Virus record (IMG/VR): IMGVR_UViG_3300032223_000633
Coordinates: 1 to 54,752 of that record
Source: a virus
Taxonomy: Duplodnaviria; Caudoviricetes
Reading direction: 5' to 3' (one strand)
DNA length: 54,752 bases
In this document: positions 9,340 through 17,466 of the stretch, in pieces
Position numbering within the stretch: the first letter of the stretch is position 1
Layout of the letters: the number at the start of each line of letters is the position of its first letter
The notes under the pieces: generated by a model
Database searches by the model: none
The model's input: the letters and a program-made list of their open reading frames with translations, nothing else
What the model was told of the DNA's origin: nothing
Translations under genes and position numbers: made by a program

Positions 9340-9516
9340 TTATTTATTCAAAATTTTATATGCAGCACGGTTTACTAAGAAAAATCTGTTAATATTTTCC
9401 TCAGTAAATACTTTAATGAAGTTTAACCCTTCAACGATTCTAGTATCTTCTATGTTTTCACAAAAGACAATTTCACCGTTGAAGATGTTTTTCAATTTTG
9501 TTGGTTGTTTGTTCAT
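9340..9516 (-). CDS. small hypothetical protein (58 aa)
   Basis: Hand translation MNKQPTKLKNIFNGEIVFCEN...AAYKILNK; GGTGA SD; fills the regA-hsp20 gap. Confidence 0.7.
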   Translation of the reverse strand: MNKQPTKLKNIFNGEIVFCENIEDTRIVEGLNFIKVFTEENINRFFLVNRAAYKILNK

Positions 9517-9530
9517 AATAAATCACCATG

Positions 9531-9929
9531 TTAAATACGTTTTTTGCCAATATTATATTTACTTACCAATTCCCAATCATTTTTTTCTTTATATGCAATG
9601 ATCTTGATTTGATGAATTGGTGCAATATTGTTTTCCATAATCTTAGGATTAACAATCTTTACCAATCCCCAATCTTGCAGTAACTTAGCGATTGCATTCC
9701 GTCTTTGAATATCATTATCTGATAGGTTAGAAGGTTTGCCATCTAAATCAAACAACTCTTTGAAATGAACAATGTAGTATTGTCCTTGTTTATGTAGAAT
9801 GTGACAAGACTGATATAAAATCTTATCTTTTCGTGAAGATACACCAATACGTGTTAAAGTTTCTTTTACTTTAAGGAAGTCATCACTTTTTTCAAGTTTA
9901 ACCTCAACGAAATCTAAAATATTTACCAT
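9531..9929 (-). CDS. regA: translational repressor RegA
   Basis: DDFLKVKETLTRIGV, LYQSCHILHKQGQYYIVHFKELF. Confidence 0.97.
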   Translation of the reverse strand: MVNILDFVEVKLEKSDDFLKVKETLTRIGVSSRKDKILYQSCHILHKQGQYYIVHFKELFDLDGKPSNLSDNDIQRRNAIAKLLQDWGLVKIVNPKIMENNIAPIHQIKIIAYKEKNDWELVSKYNIGKKRI

Positions 9930-9930
9930 G

Positions 9931-10314
9931 CTATTTCCTCAATCCACCGATGTCGGTTTTTTCTTTTAATTCTTGGATTTGTTCATTACTAAGCAGGCGT
10001 AGAGCCTCGATAGCTTTAGCATCAGATAAACCATAATAGGTCTTTATACATTCTATATCTTCAACCTTTTCAGCCTTAATCCACTTAGCAAACGGCCTTT
10101 TTCTAGACCTAATCGTATTTATAAGAAAATCATTTTGCAACTTCTTATCTAAATGGTGCCTACGATTCATCTCATTAGCATAGGCAATACAGTCTACATG
10201 GTAAGATAAACTACGGTTTACTAGAAAGGGAACGTATTCACTTTCAGTAACTTCATCGACAATAAGTTGCTTTTTACCTTTCAATATTTCGTTTACATAA
10301 TCAAATGGATTCAT
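9931..10314 (-). CDS. gp62: clamp loader small subunit
   Basis: YVPFLVNRSLS, ANEMN, RKRPFAKW; synteny gp44-gp62-regA. Confidence 0.93.
   Translation of the reverse strand: MNPFDYVNEILKGKKQLIVDEVTESEYVPFLVNRSLSYHVDCIAYANEMNRRHHLDKKLQNDFLINTIRSRKRPFAKWIKAEKVEDIECIKTYYGLSDAKAIEALRLLSNEQIQELKEKTDIGGLRK
10116..10123 (-). promoter_or_regulatory. possible late promoter inside gp62 serving regA/hsp20
   Basis: Exact TATAAATA on the minus strand about 190 nt upstream of regA; could be chance in AT-rich coding DNA. Confidence 0.4.
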
Positions 10315-11243
10315 TATTTGAATTCCAAATTAACCATTAGTTCTGTTAAACATGCAACAATATTAATCTCTGCATCGGCAACAAAGGCTTGTTTATATTG
10401 ATAGTCGGCAAGAATAATTACTGCCTGAGGTATACTGCCAGGTTGTAATACTTCATACAAATTATCATATAATTTACGATAGATTGTCTGTGGGTCAACA
10501 TCATTACTTGCAACCCATTTACGAATTGAACCAAAGTCTTTGTCTTTAATGAAACCAACAATTTGCAATAAAGATACATCAGCAATCTGTGCTAGAATAC
10601 CAGTATCAATTTTGCCAAATTGTGAGAATCGTTGCAGTTCATTTATTACACGGCGAAAATCGGGGAAGTGTTTTTTGATTACTTCAGCAATTACTTTAGG
10701 TTCAAACTCAACATCTTCTGTCTTAAGAATAGTTTGTATGCGTTTGAAAAAGAGACCTGCCATCTCAGTCTTTTCAACATTCTTTAGTGTAAAATCAATG
10801 ACTGCACACCGAGAATGTAATGGTTCAATTATCTTTGTTTTATAATTACATGTAAAGATAAACGAACAATTCTTTGAGAATTCTTCAATAGAATTTCTAA
10901 ATGCTGCTTGTGCATTGACTGATAGATAGTCTGCCTCATCAATAATGATTACTCTTCGTATACCAGAGAACGACATTGCAGATGCATAGTTCTTAATCTT
11001 ATTACGAACAACATCAACACCATTCTCATCAGAACCATTAATGATGAGATAATCACAACCAACTTCTTCACACATGGCTTTTGCAACTGTTGTTTTACCT
11101 ACACCTGCGCCACCACATAAAAGTAAATTAGGAATGTTTCTTTGATTAACATACTCCTGAAACGGTGTCTTTAACCGTTCAGGTAGTATGCAATCTTCAA
11201 TCGTCTTAGGACGATACGCCTCGGTCCATAATAAATGTTTCAT
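10314..11243 (-). CDS. gp44: clamp loader AAA+ subunit
   Basis: YRPKTIEDCILP, GGAGVGKTT, IIDEAD, PLHSRC, FPDFRR. Confidence 0.97.
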   Translation of the reverse strand: MKHLLWTEAYRPKTIEDCILPERLKTPFQEYVNQRNIPNLLLCGGAGVGKTTVAKAMCEEVGCDYLIINGSDENGVDVVRNKIKNYASAMSFSGIRRVIIIDEADYLSVNAQAAFRNSIEEFSKNCSFIFTCNYKTKIIEPLHSRCAVIDFTLKNVEKTEMAGLFFKRIQTILKTEDVEFEPKVIAEVIKKHFPDFRRVINELQRFSQFGKIDTGILAQIADVSLLQIVGFIKDKDFGSIRKWVASNDVDPQTIYRKLYDNLYEVLQPGSIPQAVIILADYQYKQAFVADAEINIVACLTELMVNLEFK

Positions 11244-11268
11244 TCACATACTCCATAATATAATTAAA

Positions 11269-11451
11269 CTACTTCAATTCACCATTCAATCTACCAATTA
11301 CTTCCATATAATTACCTCTAACTTTAGTAGTACCACCATCTACCATAACAATATTTGTAGTTCCTGCTTTACAATCTTCTACTAACATAACAAATTGTGG
11401 ATTGATCGCAACACTACCAGCATCAAAAGGTCGTTCAAAATAAATTAACAT
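11269..11451 (-). CDS. small hypothetical protein
   Basis: 60-aa ORF filling the gp45-gp44 gap in the operon direction. Confidence 0.6.
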   Translation of the reverse strand: MLIYFERPFDAGSVAINPQFVMLVEDCKAGTTNIVMVDGGTTKVRGNYMEVIGRLNGELK

Positions 11452-11452
11452 A

Positions 11453-12142
11453 TTAACCCTTTGTAAATGTTGATCCAGGTTCTGTTGTAATCCAGTATTG
11501 TAAGTCTAATTGTTTGTGTTTGAAATTAGAAATACCTTTTGATGAAATACTAATATCATATTCACCAGGTAACATGATTAGTGTTTCTAGTTTGAATACC
11601 ATTTCATATACATCACCATTACCATCAGCAATTTCAAGTTCATTTCGTGATGCGGCATTATCTTTACCATCATAAACTAGAACACTTACTTTTGATCCAT
11701 CAGACTTAAAAGCAAGATTTGTTGAGCCAATGATTGAAGAGATTTTCTTAACCCAATCATAATCATTTTTAGATAATGTAAATTTGATTTCTGCTTTAGG
11801 CATTGCAACAGGTTTCTCGGGAGGCAAAGTAAGCATCTCTGCATCACAACAAACATAACGTAAACGATTACGACCATCTTCACTTGTAATCTTACAAGAA
11901 CCATCTTCATGTTTGATATCTACATCACCACCAAACATGGAGATTGCAGTTAAAAAGTTATTCAAATCGTAAATGCCAAACTCACTTGTAATCTCATCTG
12001 GTTCATTGAAAAAATTGTATTCAGCAAAGATGTTCTTATTACGAGAAATAGTTTTTAATGTCTTACCTTGTTTGAATAAAAATCCAGCATTTACTGTAGA
12101 AAAATTCTTCAAGATATCAATTGTGTTTTTTGATAATTTCAT
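11453..12142 (-). CDS. gp45: sliding clamp
   Basis: MKLSKNTIDILKNFS, FGIYDLNNFL, ISSKGIS, YWITTE; start set at 12142 after GGAG. Confidence 0.95.
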   Translation of the reverse strand: MKLSKNTIDILKNFSTVNAGFLFKQGKTLKTISRNKNIFAEYNFFNEPDEITSEFGIYDLNNFLTAISMFGGDVDIKHEDGSCKITSEDGRNRLRYVCCDAEMLTLPPEKPVAMPKAEIKFTLSKNDYDWVKKISSIIGSTNLAFKSDGSKVSVLVYDGKDNAASRNELEIADGNGDVYEMVFKLETLIMLPGEYDISISSKGISNFKHKQLDLQYWITTEPGSTFTKG

Positions 12143-12156
12143 AATATACTCCATAA

Positions 12157-12456
12157 TTAAATATTTGTTTTAGGTTTACTGTTATATAATTCATCGTGAT
12201 TGTGTAGAGCCATTATACTATAATGGATCACTTTTAGCAAGTCTTTTCTGTTACGACCTTCTTTCTTACCGTATCGTTGTGCGTATTTCATTATGTTACC
12301 GATACAGAAACCTTCACCGTGACCACTATCCATTATAAACTCAGTTGCCTGAAATTTATTTTGTGAATAGTGTTCACCGTAAGTGTTATCAATATAGAGT
12401 TTAAGTTCATTAAGTATTCTATCTTCACTATACTTATAGTCTATATCACATCTCAT
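12157..12456 (-). CDS. DUF3310/SaV-like conserved phage protein
   Basis: TYGEHY, GFCIGNIMKYAQRYGKK, DLLKVIHY. Confidence 0.8.
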   Translation of the reverse strand: MRCDIDYKYSEDRILNELKLYIDNTYGEHYSQNKFQATEFIMDSGHGEGFCIGNIMKYAQRYGKKEGRNRKDLLKVIHYSIMALHNHDELYNSKPKTNI

Positions 12457-12458
12457 GA

Positions 12459-13274
12459 TTACAATTTACCCGTTAATTCTGCAACTTTAGGCATGTTACC
12501 CGTGAATGGATATGTACCAATATGTTGTGTTTTCATCCATGGACATAAGTAGATTTCTCCACCAATCTTACGCCACATCTGACAGAACATATAATCTTCA
12601 GATAGATAACGATCTGAACCTCCACCAACGATTGAGTCTTTAGTATCAATCACTGTATCAAAGTATGCATGAATGTATCTTGAACCATCAAAATTTGCTT
12701 GACCAACATGATCAGGTTTATAACGAATAGTGGGATAGGCTTCTCGCATCTTATCAAATACTTCACGTTTAACCATCATAAAACCTGTACCAATTTCTAA
12801 TACTTGAAGTGGTTCAGTTACAGAAAAGTTTTTAGTACCATGAACAACATTAAACACATAATCACCAACAACATATTCTAAATCTTTTGGTGGTAGATCA
12901 GGATGTTTTCTTGCGGCTTCTGCTACATTATTCCAATTGATAGATTTTTTAGGGTAAGGTCCACCAATCACTTCTTTATCTAATGCCATCAAAGCAATTA
13001 CATCTTGCGGGTTGAAATGAACATCAGAATCAATGAAGAGTAGATGAGTGCATTCCGAACGGAGAAATTCATCTACAAGATAATTACGTGCCCGAGTGAT
13101 AAGAGATTCATTAAACAAAAATGAAAACTTAACATCAACACCATACTTAATCATCATTACTTGTAAATCAAGGCACGATTTCATATACATGCCATATGAC
13201 ATACCGCCATACATCGGGGTTGCCACAAACAACTTAAACTGCTTTAGATCATCTAATTTAACTTTTATTTCCAT
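12459..13274 (-). CDS. GT-A fold glycosyltransferase-like protein
   Basis: ATPMYGG, NESLITRARN, HLLFIDSD (DxD), GTGFMMV, SEDYMFC; start moved to 13274 because the longer start lies inside a terminator. Confidence 0.7.
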   Translation of the reverse strand: MEIKVKLDDLKQFKLFVATPMYGGMSYGMYMKSCLDLQVMMIKYGVDVKFSFLFNESLITRARNYLVDEFLRSECTHLLFIDSDVHFNPQDVIALMALDKEVIGGPYPKKSINWNNVAEAARKHPDLPPKDLEYVVGDYVFNVVHGTKNFSVTEPLQVLEIGTGFMMVKREVFDKMREAYPTIRYKPDHVGQANFDGSRYIHAYFDTVIDTKDSIVGGGSDRYLSEDYMFCQMWRKIGGEIYLCPWMKTQHIGTYPFTGNMPKVAELTGKL

Positions 13275-13288
13275 AGTATATCCATTAT

Positions 13289-13325
13289 TAAAAAGAGGGT
13301 GATACAATTATATATGCATCACCCT
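13289..13325 (-). terminator. intrinsic terminator after the wHTH gene
   Basis: Minus strand AGGGTGATGCA-loop-TGTATCACCCT-CTTTTT. Confidence 0.75.
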
Positions 13326-13344
13326 ATAAAATTTACACTACAGA

Positions 13345-13608
13345 TTAGGCAAATGCACTAGCGCCCAAAGAATGATACGCTGCCGAAATCATCTTACGAG
13401 TAGGTTTACCTAAACGATAATGATTAACAGATTGACCATTGGCTGATTTTTTAGTGTTACGGTAGATACTATAACCTTCAGCACGAAGCTCTTGAATACG
13501 AGCAGAGAAACGCTCAATTCCGAAACGGGTTTTAGCTTCTGACTCAGTAATTTCTTTACCAGATTTAAAAAACTCAATCAGTTTTTCGTTTTGTGAACGA
13601 GTTTGCAT
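13345..13608 (-). CDS. winged helix-turn-helix nucleic-acid-binding protein
   Basis: ITESEAKTRFGIERFSARIQELRAEGYSI...YRLG; own promoter and terminator. Confidence 0.8.
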   Translation of the reverse strand: MQTRSQNEKLIEFFKSGKEITESEAKTRFGIERFSARIQELRAEGYSIYRNTKKSANGQSVNHYRLGKPTRKMISAAYHSLGASAFA

Positions 13609-13629
13609 AATAATTACTCCATTTAATTT

Positions 13630-13674
13630 TGTGTCGCACTAAGTTTATATTTCAGAGGCGACACATCCCTGAAA
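13630..13674 (-). promoter_or_regulatory. H-type RNA pseudoknot in the 5' UTR of the wHTH gene
   Basis: S1 UUUCAGGG/CUCUGAAA, L1 single A, S2 UGUGUCGC/GCGACACA, L3 12 nt; ends 9 nt before the GGAG SD. Confidence 0.7.
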
Positions 13675-13682
13675 CTTTATGT

Positions 13683-13711
13683 ATTATACATTAGTTATGT
13701 ATTATCGTCAA
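13683..13711 (-). promoter_or_regulatory. sigma70 early promoter
   Basis: TTGACG (13711-13706), 17 nt, TATAAT (13688-13683). Confidence 0.8.
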
Positions 13712-13729
13712 CACTTTTACAGGCAAATG

Positions 13730-15049
13730 TTATTGATTACCATCAGTCCATACGGTAGTGCCTGACAAAGTAGTAGCGTTACCTAGAATTTCAGCAACAT
13801 TATCTGGTATACTTGTTACGGTATTAGGTACTCCAGCGGGAGTTTGATACACCGATTTCATTGAGGCTTTATAAGAATTTTCTTCAGCCAAACTACTGTC
13901 AGGCATAACTGTTTCAGCAGTAACCGTAGGTTTTGCATCTTCATCAATCTTAGTATACAAATCTAAGAATGATCGCTTTGTATCTTCATCAAAACGATTC
14001 AAACACAATTCAATTGCTTTCATCTTATCATTAAAGACACCAAACGATTTAACAATATGTACCAAACGGCGAGTAGATATAACTTCATCAGCACCACCTT
14101 CGGCAAATGTCTTACGAATAATATCTGCCCATGTTACCAATTTATTTACAAATTCATTATCATCTTTACCAACAGATTGCATCTCTTTAAATAAAATTTT
14201 CTTTTCTACTGCAAGTGGTGGCCATTCTTGTTCCATTGTAATCAAGAATCGTTCTAGAAACGCTTCATTCAATACATTAGTGAACATATAACGACCATCT
14301 TCAGAACCTTTACCTTTAGTATTTGCGGTAGCAATTACAGTAAAACCTTCTGCAGGTGTTACTACTTCATTTTTCTTTTTCAATAAGAATGGTTTACCTT
14401 CAAATACACGCTGTAAACATGATAGATTAGCGGCACCATAATCAATCTCATCAATGCATAATACTGCACCTTGTCGTGCCGCAACTGTTACTGGACCATC
14501 TCGCCATTCCATTTGACCATTAATCAATACATAGTTACCCAACAAATCACTTTCATCGGTTTCTGGTGTCATTGAAATACAAACAAATTTACGACCAATC
14601 TTAGCACATGCCTGTTCGGCAGACATTGTTTTACCATTACCTGATTGACCAGTAATCAATAGAGGAAAGAATTGATTGGAACTTACAATGTTTAATAGAT
14701 CATTGAAGTGACCAAAAGGTACAAAATTCTTATAGATTGAAGGTACTAAATTATTACTTTCCAAATCAGTAACAACATTAGTAATTCGATTGCCTTGTTT
14801 AACTTCTATCATTGGTTCTTTTTTCATATTAACAACTTGTCCTACCATTTGCACTGTAGAATCGGTCACAGGTATTTTATACATGCCACGACCAATACGA
14901 CAAGTTGGATCTTTAATTAACCATTGTGGTCGTTTTAGATTATTTTGTTTACAAATGGCATTAATCTCTTGCCGACTTAATTCTGTTTTACCAGATTCGA
15001 TTGCTAGTTTAACAAACTTCTCACGAGCATCACTCATTTTCTTACTCAT
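13730..15049 (-). CDS. cobS: CobS-like MoxR AAA+ ATPase
   Basis: GQSGNGKT, TDESDLLG, CIDEID, ATANTKGKG, NEAFLERF, ISTRRLV. Confidence 0.9.
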   Translation of the reverse strand: MSKKMSDAREKFVKLAIESGKTELSRQEINAICKQNNLKRPQWLIKDPTCRIGRGMYKIPVTDSTVQMVGQVVNMKKEPMIEVKQGNRITNVVTDLESNNLVPSIYKNFVPFGHFNDLLNIVSSNQFFPLLITGQSGNGKTMSAEQACAKIGRKFVCISMTPETDESDLLGNYVLINGQMEWRDGPVTVAARQGAVLCIDEIDYGAANLSCLQRVFEGKPFLLKKKNEVVTPAEGFTVIATANTKGKGSEDGRYMFTNVLNEAFLERFLITMEQEWPPLAVEKKILFKEMQSVGKDDNEFVNKLVTWADIIRKTFAEGGADEVISTRRLVHIVKSFGVFNDKMKAIELCLNRFDEDTKRSFLDLYTKIDEDAKPTVTAETVMPDSSLAEENSYKASMKSVYQTPAGVPNTVTSIPDNVAEILGNATTLSGTTVWTDGNQ

Positions 15050-15085
15050 AATATATATACTCCCAATGTCATTTAAGATACAACC

Positions 15086-15114
15086 ATTATACTACATGTA
15101 TTACCGAATGTCAA
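15086..15114 (-). promoter_or_regulatory. sigma70 early promoter
   Basis: TTGACA (15114-15109), 17 nt, TATAAT (15091-15086). Confidence 0.85.
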
Positions 15115-15143
15115 GTGATATACCTATAGATTTTTACTATAAG

Positions 15144-15156
15144 AATCAATAACTTA
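15144..15156 (+). promoter_or_regulatory. IHF consensus site
   Basis: AATCAATAACTTA matches WATCAANNNNTTR, 30 nt upstream of the cobS -35 box. Confidence 0.5.
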
Positions 15157-17388
15157 AGCGGCAATTCTCTCAATAAACTGTGTTGCTAAGACTCTATTGG
15201 ACTGTTTTGCTTTATTTAATTTTGAAAATGCAGTTTTTAACTTACCAGTAGTAAAATCACCTTCAACTTTTAATTCTTCATCACCAATTACAACATCATT
15301 ACCGCCACGAATGATATAGAAAGCATCATATCCAAGATTGTGTGATATAACAAAATTATTTTTTCGCATATCTTTTACTAATACATCTAACAATTCTTCA
15401 CGAACATCATAATGAGAAGTTGGATTTAGTTTTTTCGCCATATCTTCAACAGACAAACCACCTTCATATCTATAATCAGTCAAGAAATAACTACGATTAG
15501 GTCTTTTTGTAATAAAAAATCCAAAGATTTTAGTATTAGTAGTTTTTGAAAACCAATCAAATATCACAGGACGCAATGAATCATTATTATCCATTTTCTT
15601 TTGATATTTTGTTTTCTTATCTTGAATAATTACATTTTGTGCTACAGCAGAAAATCTTTGAATACCATTCATACCATCTTCTTTAACATATGTATTAGTC
15701 CAATCGGCATCACCATCATGCACAATACATAAATTCACTAAATCTAAATTGTTTTTCTTACGAAAATCATTAACTGTATCACGTAATGCAATCAGTGATT
15801 CTGTTAAAGGTGTATTAGATAATCCTTCAGAGTTTGGAAGAAGATATAGTCTATTACTTTGGTATATTTTCTTTAACCCCAAAATATTTTTAACACATTT
15901 TAGATATTCTGCACTACTCATGTTAGAATTTAAGTATTCTCTTAAGTATACTCCGTTAAATGCAATATCATTATCATTTTTAATAAAAGATTGTTCTTTA
16001 CGTAAATCTTTACATAAACCATCAGCAGTATCATGCATACGACCATTGATATCATTACCAAATCCATATAAAACAAATGGAATGTTTACTTTCTTACAGA
16101 ACATACTTAAAATTAAAATTTGTTCTAATGCCGATGCCATATTATAACTCATACTACCTGAACGATCTAATAATAATACTAATCCATGAGATTTACCTTT
16201 AGGCAATTGCATCATCTTACGAAAGATATTATCATCTAATTTGTATTTGTAAATATTGTTAATATCAATGTCACCAGTATTAGATATTTTCTTTTTAGCA
16301 AATGATTTCGCAGCTTTACGCATTTCAAATTCTTTCGCTAACAATGAAATATATCGGTCATTCTTATTCTTAAATTCTCTCAATTCAGTTTCAAGATTAA
16401 ATACTTCAAAAGTTTCTGGTGTTAAGAATTCATGAACACGTTTTGCTGGTGTAAAAATACCTTTAGGATTTGCAATAGGAATATTCAAATAGATATATTC
16501 TTTACATTTTTCATCTAATAATGCACTTTCATTATTGCGAAAATTTTGATCTGTTTCACAAGTTGGTTCAAAATCAGGATCATATTGGTCTTCCATTGAA
16601 CCTTTAGATTCTTTGAAACGATTAGGTGTATCACCATCAGTTTCTTCATTTTCTTCATTTTCTTCTTCAGATTGTTCATTAGAGGGAATTGTGGTACTTT
16701 CTTCACTGTTTTTTTCAGTTTCAGTATCATCAAAGTCCAAATCATTTTGATCAAAATCAAATCCATCATGACTACCAAATTCATTGGTAAAATTACTTAA
16801 AGTATTTTCTTGTTTATCTTGTTGTTCTTTTTTAGAATAACCAAATAATTCTTCAGCAACACGGACAACATCTTCCCATGTTTCACATTTTTCTACTTTA
16901 CTTAATAATTCAGTTTCAATATCAGTAAAAGTAATACCCAAAAATGTACCGCCTTTTGTATAAAGATTAATTTTATCAATAAGAGGTAATGAATTAACAT
17001 CTTCATTTTTAATACCAAAAAAGTCTTTATCAATTAACTGTTTGTAAGCATTGATAAATGATTTTTTAAGACCAGGATAACGCCGTTTGATTTTCTTTTC
17101 AATACGGGCATCTTCAACAACATTCAAAAATGTTTTAAAGTTTTTAGATTGATTCTCAATAACTGCATCATGCCAACCTTCTTCAGGTGTCTCTAATGCA
17201 TGACCAACTTCATGACCCATCAACAAATCATAAAGATCACCACTCATATCAGTCCAAATAGGACAATTCAATACACGAGTTTTCAGATTAAACGATGCAG
17301 TTTGAATTTTAGCATGTTGAACCGTGATGTTTTCAGTGGCAAGTAACTTTGCTAATTGTGATTTCGATTCAGTAGAATAGTTTTCCAT
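15154..17388 (-). CDS. zincin-motif / VWA domain protein (CobT-like partner of the MoxR ATPase)
   Basis: HEVGH motif, NVVEDARIE, acidic linker, MIDAS LLDRSGSM, NTPL, HDGD; start set at 17388 downstream of the promoter. Confidence 0.85.
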   Translation of the reverse strand: MENYSTESKSQLAKLLATENITVQHAKIQTASFNLKTRVLNCPIWTDMSGDLYDLLMGHEVGHALETPEEGWHDAVIENQSKNFKTFLNVVEDARIEKKIKRRYPGLKKSFINAYKQLIDKDFFGIKNEDVNSLPLIDKINLYTKGGTFLGITFTDIETELLSKVEKCETWEDVVRVAEELFGYSKKEQQDKQENTLSNFTNEFGSHDGFDFDQNDLDFDDTETEKNSEESTTIPSNEQSEEENEENEETDGDTPNRFKESKGSMEDQYDPDFEPTCETDQNFRNNESALLDEKCKEYIYLNIPIANPKGIFTPAKRVHEFLTPETFEVFNLETELREFKNKNDRYISLLAKEFEMRKAAKSFAKKKISNTGDIDINNIYKYKLDDNIFRKMMQLPKGKSHGLVLLLDRSGSMSYNMASALEQILILSMFCKKVNIPFVLYGFGNDINGRMHDTADGLCKDLRKEQSFIKNDNDIAFNGVYLREYLNSNMSSAEYLKCVKNILGLKKIYQSNRLYLLPNSEGLSNTPLTESLIALRDTVNDFRKKNNLDLVNLCIVHDGDADWTNTYVKEDGMNGIQRFSAVAQNVIIQDKKTKYQKKMDNNDSLRPVIFDWFSKTTNTKIFGFFITKRPNRSYFLTDYRYEGGLSVEDMAKKLNPTSHYDVREELLDVLVKDMRKNNFVISHNLGYDAFYIIRGGNDVVIGDEELKVEGDFTTGKLKTAFSKLNKAKQSNRVLATQFIERIAA

Positions 17389-17414
17389 ATTGATCTCTCT
17401 ATTAATATACAATC

Positions 17415-17442
17415 ATTATACATTAACTGAATCCAATGTCAA
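17415..17442 (-). promoter_or_regulatory. sigma70 early promoter
   Basis: TTGACA (17442-17437), 16 nt, TATAAT (17420-17415). Confidence 0.75.
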
Positions 17443-17450
17443 GCGCTATG

Positions 17451-17463
17451 TAACTCTTTGATT
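17451..17463 (-). promoter_or_regulatory. IHF consensus site
   Basis: Minus strand AATCAAAGAGTTA matches WATCAANNNNTTR, 8 nt upstream of the -35 box. Confidence 0.5.
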
Positions 17464-17466
17464 TTA

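Noticed and set aside
13730-15049. Cobalamin biosynthesis AMG
   Set aside because: No cobN or other cob genes; the ATPase is paired with a zincin-VWA protein, fitting a general MoxR-VWA system
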